A DNA stretch of 47,249 bases from an uncultured bacterium (GCA_964482745.1 CAYZZY010000001.1:1-47249); one strand, 5' to 3'; positions 26,558-35,780 are shown, numbered from the stretch's first letter. The notes: generated by a model from the letters alone, not told the origin. Translations and numbers: made by a program.

Positions 26558-27934
26558 ATGATAGACACCCATGCACATTTGCAGATGCCGGAATTCGCCG
26601 ACGACTGGCAGTCCGTTCTCGATAATGCCAGGGATGCCGGGGTGACACATACTGTTCTCATCGGCTTCGATATCGAGTCAAGCAAACGGGCCGTACTCTT
26701 GTCGGAACAGAATTCCAGGCTGCTGGCGAGTGTGGGTGTTCATCCACATGATGCATCCTCTCTGGACGGGGCCGCTCTCGAGGAACTGCGCCGCCTTGCC
26801 GAACATCCCAAGGTGGTCGCGATAGGGGAGACCGGTCTTGATTTCTATAGAGACTTATCGCCGCGAGAGAAACAGAAGGAGGCGTTCAAGGCCCAACTTG
26901 AGCTGGCGGAAGAGCTTCGCCTTCCTGTGATCATTCATGACCGCGATGCGCACGGCCCCGCGGCCGAAGTATTGTCGGAGCATGCGCGCAGGCTTGTCGG
27001 TGGCGTGCTGCATTGTTTCTCTGGCGACATAGATCTTGCACGCAAGGCACTCGAATGGGGTTTCCATATTTCGATTGCCGGACCGATCACCTATCCGAAT
27101 GCGAAAAGCCTACGGTCTGTCGTCGAGCATATCCCGATCGAGAAGATGGTCGTGGAAACCGACGCGCCCTATCTCTCGCCCCAGCCAAAGCGGGGCAAGA
27201 GGAACGAGCCGGCCTTTGTCAGATTTGTATGTGAAGAGTTGGCGCGCATAAAGGGATTGAGCGTTGGCGACGTCGATCGCATAACCTCTTTGAACGCCGT
27301 GGAACTCTTTGGCCTGCCTTCGGAGGAGAACGGAGACGTTGTGGTCTATCCCATAAGGGATTCCTTCTACATAAACGTTACCGGCGCGTGCACAAACGAG
27401 TGCACTTTTTGTACCCGGCTCAAGAGCCCGTATGTGAAAGGGCACAATCTTTCGTTGAAGCGCGACCCGAGCGCCGACGAGATCATCGGTGCGCTCATGC
27501 CTGAGCTGCAGGATGCTCCCAGAGAAATCGTCTTCTGCGGGCTCGGCGAGCCTTTTCTGCGGCTGGACGTCGTAAAGCAGGTGGCGAGACATCTGAAAGA
27601 TCGCGGATACACGGTGCGCGTCAACACAAATGGGCACGCTAACCTTATTCATGGTCGCAACATCGTGCCCGAGTTGCAGGGACTCGTGGATTCGGTCTCG
27701 ATAAGCTTGAACAGCTCCGACGCAGACAAGTATTTTGACCTTTGCAGACCGAGATTCGGTGTCGGGACTTTCAATTCCATTATTGACTTTATTCGCGAAT
27801 GCAAGAAATACATTCCCGACGTCAGCGTAACCGCCCTCGACATAGACCATGATGAACTGGCGGCATGCAGAAAGCTGGCGGAGGAGGAACTCGGTGTCGG
27901 CTTCAGGATGCGACACTACAATGAGGTCGGTTGA
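26558..27934 (+). CDS. fusion protein: TatD-family metal hydrolase (aa 1-~258) plus radical SAM domain (aa ~262-458)
   Basis: N-terminal half: IDTHAHL, GVHPHD, AIGETGLDF, VIIHDRDA, LHCFSG, ETDAPYL. C-terminal half: CTNECTFC (CX3CX2C, nt 27389-27412) and the GLGEPFL glycine-rich SAM motif. One uninterrupted frame. Confidence 0.85.
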   Translation: MIDTHAHLQMPEFADDWQSVLDNARDAGVTHTVLIGFDIESSKRAVLLSEQNSRLLASVGVHPHDASSLDGAALEELRRLAEHPKVVAIGETGLDFYRDLSPREKQKEAFKAQLELAEELRLPVIIHDRDAHGPAAEVLSEHARRLVGGVLHCFSGDIDLARKALEWGFHISIAGPITYPNAKSLRSVVEHIPIEKMVVETDAPYLSPQPKRGKRNEPAFVRFVCEELARIKGLSVGDVDRITSLNAVELFGLPSEENGDVVVYPIRDSFYINVTGACTNECTFCTRLKSPYVKGHNLSLKRDPSADEIIGALMPELQDAPREIVFCGLGEPFLRLDVVKQVARHLKDRGYTVRVNTNGHANLIHGRNIVPELQGLVDSVSISLNSSDADKYFDLCRPRFGVGTFNSIIDFIRECKKYIPDVSVTALDIDHDELAACRKLAEEELGVGFRMRHYNEVG

Positions 27935-27958
27935 GTAGAGGGCGGATCGGAGAAACAG

Positions 27959-28945
27959 ATGGGGAAAATGAGGATCCTGAGCGGTATGCGCCCGAGTGGA
28001 AAACTTCATATAGGTCATCTTCTCGGGGCTTTGAGCAATTGGAAACGCCTGCAGGATGAGGGCAACGAGACATACTACATGGTGGCCGACTGGCATGCCC
28101 TGACCACGGAATACGAGAATCCCGAGGCGCTTCAGGCAAGCATCACCGATATGGTTCTCGATTGGCTCGCGGCGGGCCTGGATCCGGACAAGAGCGTCAT
28201 CTTCGTTCAATCACACGTGAAGGAACATGCCGAACTCTATCTTCTGTTCTCTATGATTACTCCCCTGGGATGGTTGGAAAGGGTTCCCACCTATAAGGAA
28301 GCATTGGAGGAATACGAGGGCAGGCAGATTGCAACCCACGGATTCCTCGGGTATCCTTTGCTGCAGGCCGCCGACATACTCGTCTATAGGGCCAATGCCG
28401 TTCCCGTTGGACAGGATCAGCTTCCTCATCTCGAGTTCACACGCGAACTGGCCCGCAGATTCAATCATCTCTATACTGAAGTTTTTCCGGAGCCTCAGTC
28501 GATGCTCACCGAAACCCCGCTCGTACGGGGAATCGACGGCAGAAAGATGAGCAAGAGATATGGAAACACCCTCTTGCTTTCGGATTCTGAAGAAGAGACA
28601 GCCAAGAAGGTGATGCAAATGTTGACCGATCCCGCACGCAAGCGGCGAGACGATCCGGGCAACCCGGACATCTGCCCGGTGTTCGATCTGCAGAAGATAT
28701 TCGGTCCTGCCGAGTGGCTGGAACGCGTGGGCCGCGAATGCCGCACGGCAGAGATCGGCTGCGTGGAAGACAAACGCGCGCTGGCCGATTTCTTGAATGA
28801 AAGAATGCGCCCTTTCAGGAACGCTCGCTCCGAGTTGGCGGCAGATCCGGGACGTGTCAACGAAATCCTCGCAGACGGGGCACAGAGGGCGAGGGACGTC
28901 GCGGCGGCTACTATGGACGAGGTCCGAAAGGCGATGCTGATATGA
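27959..28945 (+). CDS. trpS: tryptophan--tRNA ligase
   Basis: SGMRPSGKLHIGHLLG (HIGH) and KMSKR (KMSKS). 328 aa. Confidence 0.92.
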   Translation: MGKMRILSGMRPSGKLHIGHLLGALSNWKRLQDEGNETYYMVADWHALTTEYENPEALQASITDMVLDWLAAGLDPDKSVIFVQSHVKEHAELYLLFSMITPLGWLERVPTYKEALEEYEGRQIATHGFLGYPLLQAADILVYRANAVPVGQDQLPHLEFTRELARRFNHLYTEVFPEPQSMLTETPLVRGIDGRKMSKRYGNTLLLSDSEEETAKKVMQMLTDPARKRRDDPGNPDICPVFDLQKIFGPAEWLERVGRECRTAEIGCVEDKRALADFLNERMRPFRNARSELAADPGRVNEILADGAQRARDVAAATMDEVRKAMLI

Positions 28946-29655
28946 CGTATAAACTCCGGCTCGGAAACTTCGAGGGACCACTCGACTTGCTTCTGCATTT
29001 AATCAAGAATAGTGAAGTCGACATCCACGACATCCCCATCTCGACTGTAACCGATCAATATATTGAATACCTGGATATGATGCATGAACTCGATCTTGAT
29101 ATCGCCAGCGAATTCCTCGTGATGGCGGCCACGCTGATGGAGATTAAATCGCGCATGCTTCTGCCGGTCGAGCCGACAGAGGATGAGTCGGAGGAGGACC
29201 CGAGGTTCGAACTCATCGAACAGATCCTCGAATACAAGAAGTACAAGGAGTATGCCGAGCACCTCGATCAAAAGGCCGCCGAGGAGATGCACTACTTCCA
29301 GCGGAATTTTAAGGAAGATATTGACGTAGAAACCGGGGAACCTTTGATGGAAGCGGGATTGTTCGAACTCCTACAGGCCTTCAAGCAGGTGCTGGAATAT
29401 GCTAAAGAAGAATCTTTCAGCGAGATAACGCAGGACGAAGTGAGCGTCGAGGAACAGATGGAGCACGTCAGAAATCAGCTCCGCGAAAACGGCAATATGC
29501 TGCTTGATGAGATTTTCGATAAGGGAAGTAAAACCAAGATGGTTCTTATCGCCACTTTTCTCGCATTGCTCGAACTGATAAGGCTCCGGGAGGTCGCCGC
29601 CCAGCAAACGGAGCGGTTCGGAGAGATTCGACTTTTTCCTCTCAAGAAGGAATAG
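28942..29655 (+). CDS. scpA: segregation and condensation protein A (kleisin)
   Basis: FEGPLDLLLHLIKNSEVDIHDIPISTVTDQYIEYL is the canonical ScpA N-terminus. ATGA overlap with trpS. Confidence 0.85.
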   Translation: MTYKLRLGNFEGPLDLLLHLIKNSEVDIHDIPISTVTDQYIEYLDMMHELDLDIASEFLVMAATLMEIKSRMLLPVEPTEDESEEDPRFELIEQILEYKKYKEYAEHLDQKAAEEMHYFQRNFKEDIDVETGEPLMEAGLFELLQAFKQVLEYAKEESFSEITQDEVSVEEQMEHVRNQLRENGNMLLDEIFDKGSKTKMVLIATFLALLELIRLREVAAQQTERFGEIRLFPLKKE

Positions 29656-29659
29656 TTCT

Positions 29660-30040
29660 TTGACGGCAAAAAGTATCGAGCGCGGTATCGAGGGCGAGGA
29701 TCTCGCGGTCAGCGCTCTGGAAAAATCGCGATACAAGATAGTAGAAAGAAACTATCGCACGAGGGCGGGTGAGATCGATATTGTGGCGCGTGAAGGGGAA
29801 TGCCTGGTCTTCGTTGAGGTCAGGACACGGGCTTCGATCGAATACGGGTGGCCACAAGAGACCGTAATCGCTCGCAAGCAGAAGAAGCTTTGCAGGGCTG
29901 CCCGATGGTATCTTCAGAAAAACCGCATTGAAGATGTTCCATGCCGTTTCGATGTTGTCGCGATTGTGATGAACGAGGCATTGGACGAGCCCCAGGTGGA
30001 GGTTATAAAGAATGCCTTCAGGCCGGAAAAAGAGTGGTAG
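29660..30040 (+). CDS. yraN: YraN-family (UPF0102) endonuclease-like protein
   Basis: GEDLAVSALEKSRYKIVERNYRTRAGEIDIVAREGECLVFVEVRTR. TTG start 4 nt after the scpA stop. Confidence 0.8.
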   Translation: MTAKSIERGIEGEDLAVSALEKSRYKIVERNYRTRAGEIDIVAREGECLVFVEVRTRASIEYGWPQETVIARKQKKLCRAARWYLQKNRIEDVPCRFDVVAIVMNEALDEPQVEVIKNAFRPEKEW

Positions 30041-30059
30041 GGCGGTCACCGCCGGAAAC

Positions 30060-30833
30060 GTGCGGTACACCGTGACCGTCCCGTTCAGTGGGCTCGGCGA
30101 AAATATCGAGTTCTTGATCTCAAACAATCTGGATGTCGAAGTGATGATGTACGACACCGGATGGATACGCAACTTTCCCAATGACGAAGTGAAGGCTATG
30201 GGCAAACGGCTTGCGGCCGAAGGCATCGGCGTGAGCGTGCATGGCCCTCTTTTTGACCTGAATCCCGGCAGCCAGGACACGATAATACGCGATTACACAA
30301 AATTCAACTTCATGCGGGCCCTCAATATCAGCGCTTTGATGAACGCAAGCATCGTTGTGTTCCACCTTGGATTCAATCCCTTGATTCGCAGTGATTATCG
30401 AGATCTCTGGTTAAAGACGAGCATGAAGACATGGAAGCCGGTTGTCAATCATGCAAAGAGACTTGGTATTACCATCGCGATCGAGAATATGTTCCTGAGT
30501 GCGCCCTATCTGGTGCGGCGTGTGATTGAAATGATCGATTCTCCCAATATGCGAGTGTGTCTCGATATCGGTCATGTAAACGTATATTCGAAAGTTCCGC
30601 TGGCGGAGTGGATGGATGTTCTGGGGGAGGATGTCGTCAAGATTCACATCAACGACAATGACGCCCAGAATGATCTGCACCTTCCTTTCGGACAAGGGAA
30701 TATTGACTATCAGGAGATTTATCGCCTGTTGCGCGAGAAGAATATCAGCGCGCAAATGACCCTGGAAATGACTCCGGACCATTTACCAGGGACGCTGAAA
30801 TATATAAGCGAGCACGATCTTACTCTGTCCTGA
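30060..30833 (+). CDS. sugar phosphate isomerase/epimerase (xylose-isomerase-like TIM barrel)
   Basis: VVFHLG, IAIENM, LDIGHVNV and HINDN metal-ligand pattern. GTG 30060 chosen to avoid overlap with yraN (the ORF track starts at 30012). Start is uncertain. Confidence 0.65.
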   Translation: MRYTVTVPFSGLGENIEFLISNNLDVEVMMYDTGWIRNFPNDEVKAMGKRLAAEGIGVSVHGPLFDLNPGSQDTIIRDYTKFNFMRALNISALMNASIVVFHLGFNPLIRSDYRDLWLKTSMKTWKPVVNHAKRLGITIAIENMFLSAPYLVRRVIEMIDSPNMRVCLDIGHVNVYSKVPLAEWMDVLGEDVVKIHINDNDAQNDLHLPFGQGNIDYQEIYRLLREKNISAQMTLEMTPDHLPGTLKYISEHDLTLS

Positions 30834-31028
30834 CGATGGTCCACCTGTATCACGCGTTTTTACGTGCACCGGTGAATCATTCCAAATAATGGTGCTATTG
30901 CACTCTGCAACCCCTCATAAATAGTCGGGAAGATACATCTTGGAAACAGAGATTGCTTGCGATTCCGGTCTTTTCGAGGTAATATTAATCATCGTTGAAT
31001 CCGATCAAAAACGCGGAGGAATTCAGCT

Positions 31029-32165
31029 ATGAACAGTAGAAGATCCATTGTTGTTATTGCCCTTGTCGTTCTTGTGCTCCTGATCGTTGGAGGGTTGATT
31101 TACAAAAGCTCTTTAGATAAGAAAAGAGAGGCAAAAGAAGAAAAGCAGGCGGTTGAACGGGCACGTATTGAGAAAGAAGCCGAAATGGCACGTGTTGCCC
31201 GCGAGGCCGAAGCCAAACGAAAGAGGGAAGAGGCGCTGAAAGTTCCCGAACTGCCCGCTCCCGTTGAACCTGTCCCACCGCTCCCTTTGGAGCCTGACGT
31301 CATGCCGGCCTTAGAGCCCTCGCCGCCACGTGCCATCTCCGCCGCCGATTGCGAGGCCGAGTCGCCGGCGCGCGCGAAGCAGAACAGGGCGCAAGCGCCC
31401 CAGGGTATGGTGTATGTATCGGGAGGCGCATTCCTCATGGGAAACTCGGTGGACACCGGAGATGATGATGAGCGGCCCGCCCACAGCGTGTGCCTTGCCG
31501 GATTCTATATCGACAGGCACGAGGTGACCAATGCCCAGTTCAAGGAGTTTGTCGAGGCCACGGGCTATGTCACCAGCGCCGAACACAATGCTTCAACTCC
31601 CGAGGAGCGCACATGGCGTCACCCTTACGGCGCGGAATCGAACGCGGAAGAAGCGCCTGATCATCCTGTTGTCTGCATAAGCTGGGAGGATGCCAACGCC
31701 TATGCCCGATGGGCGGGCAAGAGACTTCCGACCGAGGCAGAATGGGAAAAGGCCGCGCGCGGCACAGATGGACGAATCTATCCGTGGGGGGATGAGGATC
31801 TTACGGCGGCACAGGCTAACATAGCGGACAAGAGCGCGGTTCTCAAGTGGAGCGATACGTCCCTTGATGATACCCACAAGACGGCCGCGCCTGTGGGGAG
31901 TTTTCCTGAGGGGAAGAGCGTATATGGCGCGGAGGATATGGCGGGCAACGTATGGGAATGGTGTCTTGATTGGTGGGACAGGGACTACTATAAGGAGAGT
32001 CTCAGCCACAATCCAGCCGGTCCGCAAAGCGGCGAGTTCAGGGTTATTCGCGGAGGTTCCTGGTTCTATGATCCTCTCGGAGCCAGGACGACAATGAGAA
32101 TTTACTTCAGACCCGAGAACAACAGCGCCGCAATCGGATTCCGCTGCGTCAAGGACGCAGGATAG
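31029..32165 (+). CDS. membrane-anchored formylglycine-generating-enzyme (SUMF1/EgtB/PvdO) family protein
   Basis: TM helix IVVIALVVLVLLIVGGLIY, charged coiled coil, Pro-rich linker. FGE-sulfatase domain follows (MVYVSGGAFLMG, YIDRHEVTNAQFKEFV, WEWCLDWW, RVIRGGSWF). Confidence 0.8.
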   Translation: MNSRRSIVVIALVVLVLLIVGGLIYKSSLDKKREAKEEKQAVERARIEKEAEMARVAREAEAKRKREEALKVPELPAPVEPVPPLPLEPDVMPALEPSPPRAISAADCEAESPARAKQNRAQAPQGMVYVSGGAFLMGNSVDTGDDDERPAHSVCLAGFYIDRHEVTNAQFKEFVEATGYVTSAEHNASTPEERTWRHPYGAESNAEEAPDHPVVCISWEDANAYARWAGKRLPTEAEWEKAARGTDGRIYPWGDEDLTAAQANIADKSAVLKWSDTSLDDTHKTAAPVGSFPEGKSVYGAEDMAGNVWEWCLDWWDRDYYKESLSHNPAGPQSGEFRVIRGGSWFYDPLGARTTMRIYFRPENNSAAIGFRCVKDAG

Positions 32166-32219
32166 TGATATACGCGACTCTCGTGATTGCCTGTTTTTCA
32201 TCTTTCAGGAGGTGTTGAT

Positions 32220-33023
32220 ATGCGATCCGGCCTTTTATTGGCAATTGGAATACTATTCATAGGCTTGATTCCCGGATGCGCCACCTTGCCCGGCGTTGAT
32301 CGACCTGAAATTCAGGCTGTCCATCCCCGGATCACGGGCATTGATTTTCAGGGAGTGAACCTTGACTTCGATGTGGATGTTTACAACCCCTATCCGGTAG
32401 CTATTCGGACGCCGCGTTTCCGTTATGGACTCGATGTGGAAGGTTCCAACCTCTTCGATTCCGAAACCGCATCCGGGCTTGACCTTCCAGCGCGCGCGGT
32501 CGGCACGACAGTCTTGCCCGTGCGACTTGCTTATTCCGACTTGTTGAGTCACTACCGGACTCTTGCCGACGCACCGGAGGCAAATTACAGGCTGCATGGC
32601 ACCCTGCTGTTGTCCTCCCTGGGGCAGTCCTTTGAGCTTCCTCTCTCGCACGAAGGAACTTTTCCCATTCTTCGGCCGCCCACTTTCTCGGATGTCAAGT
32701 TTCAACTCGCCGATGTGTCTCTTACAAAAGCGAAGTTCAACATTGATGCGGCCGTCAATAATCCGAATATTTTTACGCTTGGCCTGGAAGATCTCGGATA
32801 CGTCCTCAAGCTGGGCGATATCAAACTCGGTGGCCTGACGGCGGCAACCGATGGCTCATTGGACCCGGGCGGGACAGGGCGCATGTCGCTTTCCGGTGAA
32901 GCCTCTGTGGCGAATGCGTTGTTTAATCTGCTCGTAGGCGGAACCGCGGGTCAGGCCCAAATCCTTCCTTCCGGCTCTATCAGGACGCCTTATGGAAAAG
33001 TGAATTTGCAGCAGCATGAGTGA
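32220..33023 (+). CDS. lipoprotein with two LEA_2 (LEA14/WHy-like) domains
   Basis: ATG at 32220 after AGGAGG. Lipobox LIPGC. Two repeats of the LEA_2 pattern (DFDVDVYNPYPVAI..FRYGLDV and NIDAAVNNPNIFTLGLEDLGYVLKLGD). Confidence 0.7.
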   Translation: MRSGLLLAIGILFIGLIPGCATLPGVDRPEIQAVHPRITGIDFQGVNLDFDVDVYNPYPVAIRTPRFRYGLDVEGSNLFDSETASGLDLPARAVGTTVLPVRLAYSDLLSHYRTLADAPEANYRLHGTLLLSSLGQSFELPLSHEGTFPILRPPTFSDVKFQLADVSLTKAKFNIDAAVNNPNIFTLGLEDLGYVLKLGDIKLGGLTAATDGSLDPGGTGRMSLSGEASVANALFNLLVGGTAGQAQILPSGSIRTPYGKVNLQQHE

Positions 33024-33057
33024 GCCTTGTAAGGAATGCTCGGAAAGGAGAAGATAA

Positions 33058-34101
33058 GTGGACGCTCTTGTTAAGCTGAGCAGTGTCATGGGATTATCGC
33101 TTACCTCCGGTGTGAACCTGTATGCGACTGTGGCCGTCGTGGGGCTTGCGACAAAATTCGATATGATCAAGGGCTTGCCTTCGGAATTTCAGGCTTTCGA
33201 CAATGATCTCGTCATTATCCTTGCCATTATTTTGTACCTTTGCGAGTTTGCTGCGGACAAAATTCCCGCCTTCGACAGTCTCTGGGACAGTGTGCATACC
33301 TTAATTCGACCATTTGGCGCTGCATTGGTCTCCATGACCGTTATCGGGGAAGCCGATCCATCGGTTGAGGTTGTTGCGGGTCTGATGGGGGCGAGCCTCG
33401 CATTGGCCACTCACACGGCGAAGGCAGGGACACGGCTGGTGGTCAATACGAGCCCTGAACCGTTCTCGAACATCGCAGTCAGTCTTGTCGAGGACGCCGG
33501 GGTTGTGGGTATGTCGCTTCTCGTCATGGCTCATCCCTATATCTCTCTTGTTGTCAGCCTGATAATCCTGCTTCTCCTTATCAAATTCGGTCCGGGCCTG
33601 TGGAGGGGGGCTATCCTGGGAATTAAGGCGATTGCGGTGAAAATGTTTTCGGTGTTTGGATCTGAAGCGGACGTGACGCTGAAGGAATCTCTCCCGGACG
33701 CCTTCGATGAGGCAGTCGATGAAGAGATTTCAAAAGACGAGGAGATTCAGGCGAGCGTGAAATGTCATGTGCAAAAGGTTAAGGGATGTGGAAGAAACAA
33801 AAAGGGGTATCTAATTCTCACCAATAGTCGCCTGCTTTTCGCATTTCGAAGTTTCTTCAGAACGAAAATAAAACAATGGAAGACGGCGGATCTGGACAAA
33901 ACGAAGCTGCAGGAAAGATTCCTCCTGAATGTTCTGGGGGTCAAGGCCGAGGGTAAATTTCTGCGGTTCTTGTTCCTGAAGAATAATCCCGGAACCGTCA
34001 AACAGTTGGCAGAAACCCTGGATCAGAAGATTGGCGCTGCAGAAATAAAGGAAGCGGCGCCGGATGATGCTGCGCCGGCCCCCGATGTCGCTGAAACCTA
34101 G
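33058..34101 (+). CDS. DUF4126 membrane domain fused to a C-terminal PH/GRAM-like domain
   Basis: N-terminal half GVNLYATVAVVGLA...LCEFAADKIPAFDSLWD (DUF4126-like, multi-TM). C-terminal KGYLILTNSRLLFAFRS...LRFLFLK (bacterial PH-like). GTG start after AAAGGAG. Confidence 0.65.
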   Translation: MDALVKLSSVMGLSLTSGVNLYATVAVVGLATKFDMIKGLPSEFQAFDNDLVIILAIILYLCEFAADKIPAFDSLWDSVHTLIRPFGAALVSMTVIGEADPSVEVVAGLMGASLALATHTAKAGTRLVVNTSPEPFSNIAVSLVEDAGVVGMSLLVMAHPYISLVVSLIILLLLIKFGPGLWRGAILGIKAIAVKMFSVFGSEADVTLKESLPDAFDEAVDEEISKDEEIQASVKCHVQKVKGCGRNKKGYLILTNSRLLFAFRSFFRTKIKQWKTADLDKTKLQERFLLNVLGVKAEGKFLRFLFLKNNPGTVKQLAETLDQKIGAAEIKEAAPDDAAPAPDVAET

Positions 34102-34139
34102 TGTTGCGTCCCGGGGTCTGCCTCAATAAATTAATGAAC

Positions 34140-34178
34140 GCATTCGCAGGGGCGGCTCGGAACCGCCCCTGTGAATGC
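34140..34178. terminator. 16-bp GC-rich hairpin between convergent genes
   Basis: GCATTCGCAGGGGCGG-CTCGGAA-CCGCCCCTGTGAATGC (one G-U). On the minus strand it is followed by a U-rich GTTCATTAATTTATT; there is no U-tract on plus. The AGGGGCGG/CCGCCCCT core resembles the 29-nt repeat family. Confidence 0.6.
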
Positions 34179-34217
34179 CACAAGAAAACGCACGAATCAG
34201 AGATTGCGGCGCGCCTC

Positions 34218-34847
34218 TCATATCTCCCGAGGCACAATGTGAAGTTCAACCCTTCGGTTTTGCTGTCTTCCCTCCGCCGTTTCGTTCGTAGTGACAGGCT
34301 GTGTTTCGCCGTAGCCAATGACCATGATTCGATCGGGGTGAACGCCTTCGGTGACAATGAAGTCCGCAACGGTTCCGGCCCTTTTTTCCGATAGCCACTG
34401 GTTGTAGGTTTCTTGTCCCGTATTGTCCGTATGACCTTCCACGTCAATGTTAAAATCAGGGTACCTGGCAAGCACATCTGCGACCCGGCTGAGGTTGGCT
34501 TCGGCGCCCGGCTTGAGGGAATACTTGTTGACGTCGAACAGGACTTTCTCCCGAAGTGTGACGATGAGTTCGTTTTCGCTCGGTCGCTCGACTTCTGCAA
34601 TCTTGCTCAGTTCGGCCTGCTGCTTATCAAGCTTGGCTCCGATCAGTCCTCCCAGAGCGGCGCCGGCTGCGGCCCCGATAAGGGCGCCCTCCCCCTTATG
34701 GCCGGATTGGTGGCCGATAATCGCGCCTGCGCCTGCGCCCGCGGCGCCGCCGATAACCGCCCCCTTCTGCCACTTCGGCGAGTCCGCGCAGGCTGAGGCA
34801 AATACCACAATAATCCCCATAAACAGTATCGATTTGAATGCCTTCAT
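34218..34847 (-). CDS. OmpA-family lipoprotein with glycine-zipper segment
   Basis: ATG at 34847 after GGAGGAG. Lipobox FASAC. Gly-zipper GAVIGGAAGAGAGAIIGH...GAAAGAALGGLIGA. OmpA_C motif VEGHTDNTG...NQWLSEKRA...NRRVEL. Confidence 0.8.
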   Translation of the reverse strand: MKAFKSILFMGIIVVFASACADSPKWQKGAVIGGAAGAGAGAIIGHQSGHKGEGALIGAAAGAALGGLIGAKLDKQQAELSKIAEVERPSENELIVTLREKVLFDVNKYSLKPGAEANLSRVADVLARYPDFNIDVEGHTDNTGQETYNQWLSEKRAGTVADFIVTEGVHPDRIMVIGYGETQPVTTNETAEGRQQNRRVELHIVPREI

Positions 34848-34951
34848 CGTTTCTCCTCCATGCACGCCCCTTTGATAAGGCGCCGGATTTTTCCGGACCT
34901 CTCTTAGATCCTCCCTGATGCATGCATATGTGTCAGGGCTTCCTGTTTTCT

Positions 34952-34960
34952 ATTATACCA
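34952..34960 (-). promoter_or_regulatory. extended -10 element TGGTATAAT upstream of the OmpA-family gene
   Basis: Read on the minus strand immediately after the mscS stop. No good -35. Confidence 0.4.
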
Positions 34961-34961
34961 T

Positions 34962-35780
34962 TTATTGCGGAAGCAAGGCGCCGTCCAGGTGTACATCGCG
35001 CTGTGGGAATGGGATGCATATGCCTTCGGCATCAAAACGAGTTTTCACATTTTCGGTTGTATCAAAATATACGGCCCAATAGTCGGCCGTTTTGACCCAT
35101 GGGCGGACCACAAAGTTCACGCTGCTATCGGCAAGTTCCGAAACGGCGATCGTCGGCTTGGGATCTTTCAGAACCCGACTGTCTTTTGCCAAAATGTCCT
35201 CAAGGACCTGTTTTACCTTCTGAAGGTCGTCACCATAACTTACACCGATGATAAGATCTACCCGTCTGGTTTCGTTGGACGAATAATTTATGATATTGTC
35301 TCCTGTGAGTTTCGAATTCGGGATGATAATCTTCTTGTTGTCAGGAGACTTCATTTCCGTTACAAAAATCGATATCTTTTCCACGACGCCTAAGACACCG
35401 GCTCCCTCGATAAAGTCCCCTTCTTTGAACGGATGGAAAAGGATCAGAAGAAAGCCTGCGGCAAAATTCGCCAATGAACCCTGCAATGCCAGACCGATGG
35501 CCAATCCGGCGGCGCCAATCACAGCGATGAATGATGTCGTCTGGACGCCCAATTGGTTGACGGCAGCTATGATGACAAACACCAATAGTGCGATATAGAT
35601 CATATCGCCGACGAATGAGATCAGTGTGGGATCGACATTCTTCTTCTTCATCATTCTCTCTGTGAGATTCTTGAGTGCCCTGGCTATCCAGCGTCCCACA
35701 AAGAAAATAATGATTGCCGCCAAAACCTTGAATCCGTAAAGCGTGATCAATTCTTGTACTTTCGAGATGATGTTTCCCAT
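34962..35780 (-). CDS. mscS: small-conductance mechanosensitive channel
   Basis: 272 aa. Three TM helices and the pore-helix signature GVQTTSFIAVIGAAGLAIGLALQGSLANFAAGFLLILFHPFKEGDFIE. AAGGAGGAGG before the ATG. Confidence 0.85.
   Translation of the reverse strand: MGNIISKVQELITLYGFKVLAAIIIFFVGRWIARALKNLTERMMKKKNVDPTLISFVGDMIYIALLVFVIIAAVNQLGVQTTSFIAVIGAAGLAIGLALQGSLANFAAGFLLILFHPFKEGDFIEGAGVLGVVEKISIFVTEMKSPDNKKIIIPNSKLTGDNIINYSSNETRRVDLIIGVSYGDDLQKVKQVLEDILAKDSRVLKDPKPTIAVSELADSSVNFVVRPWVKTADYWAVYFDTTENVKTRFDAEGICIPFPQRDVHLDGALLPQ

Noticed and set aside
31029-32165. FGE/CLec-fold protein as the variable target of a diversity-generating retroelement
   Set aside because: No reverse transcriptase lies in the window, and I found no template-repeat copy of the 3' end (about 32040-32165) nearby.
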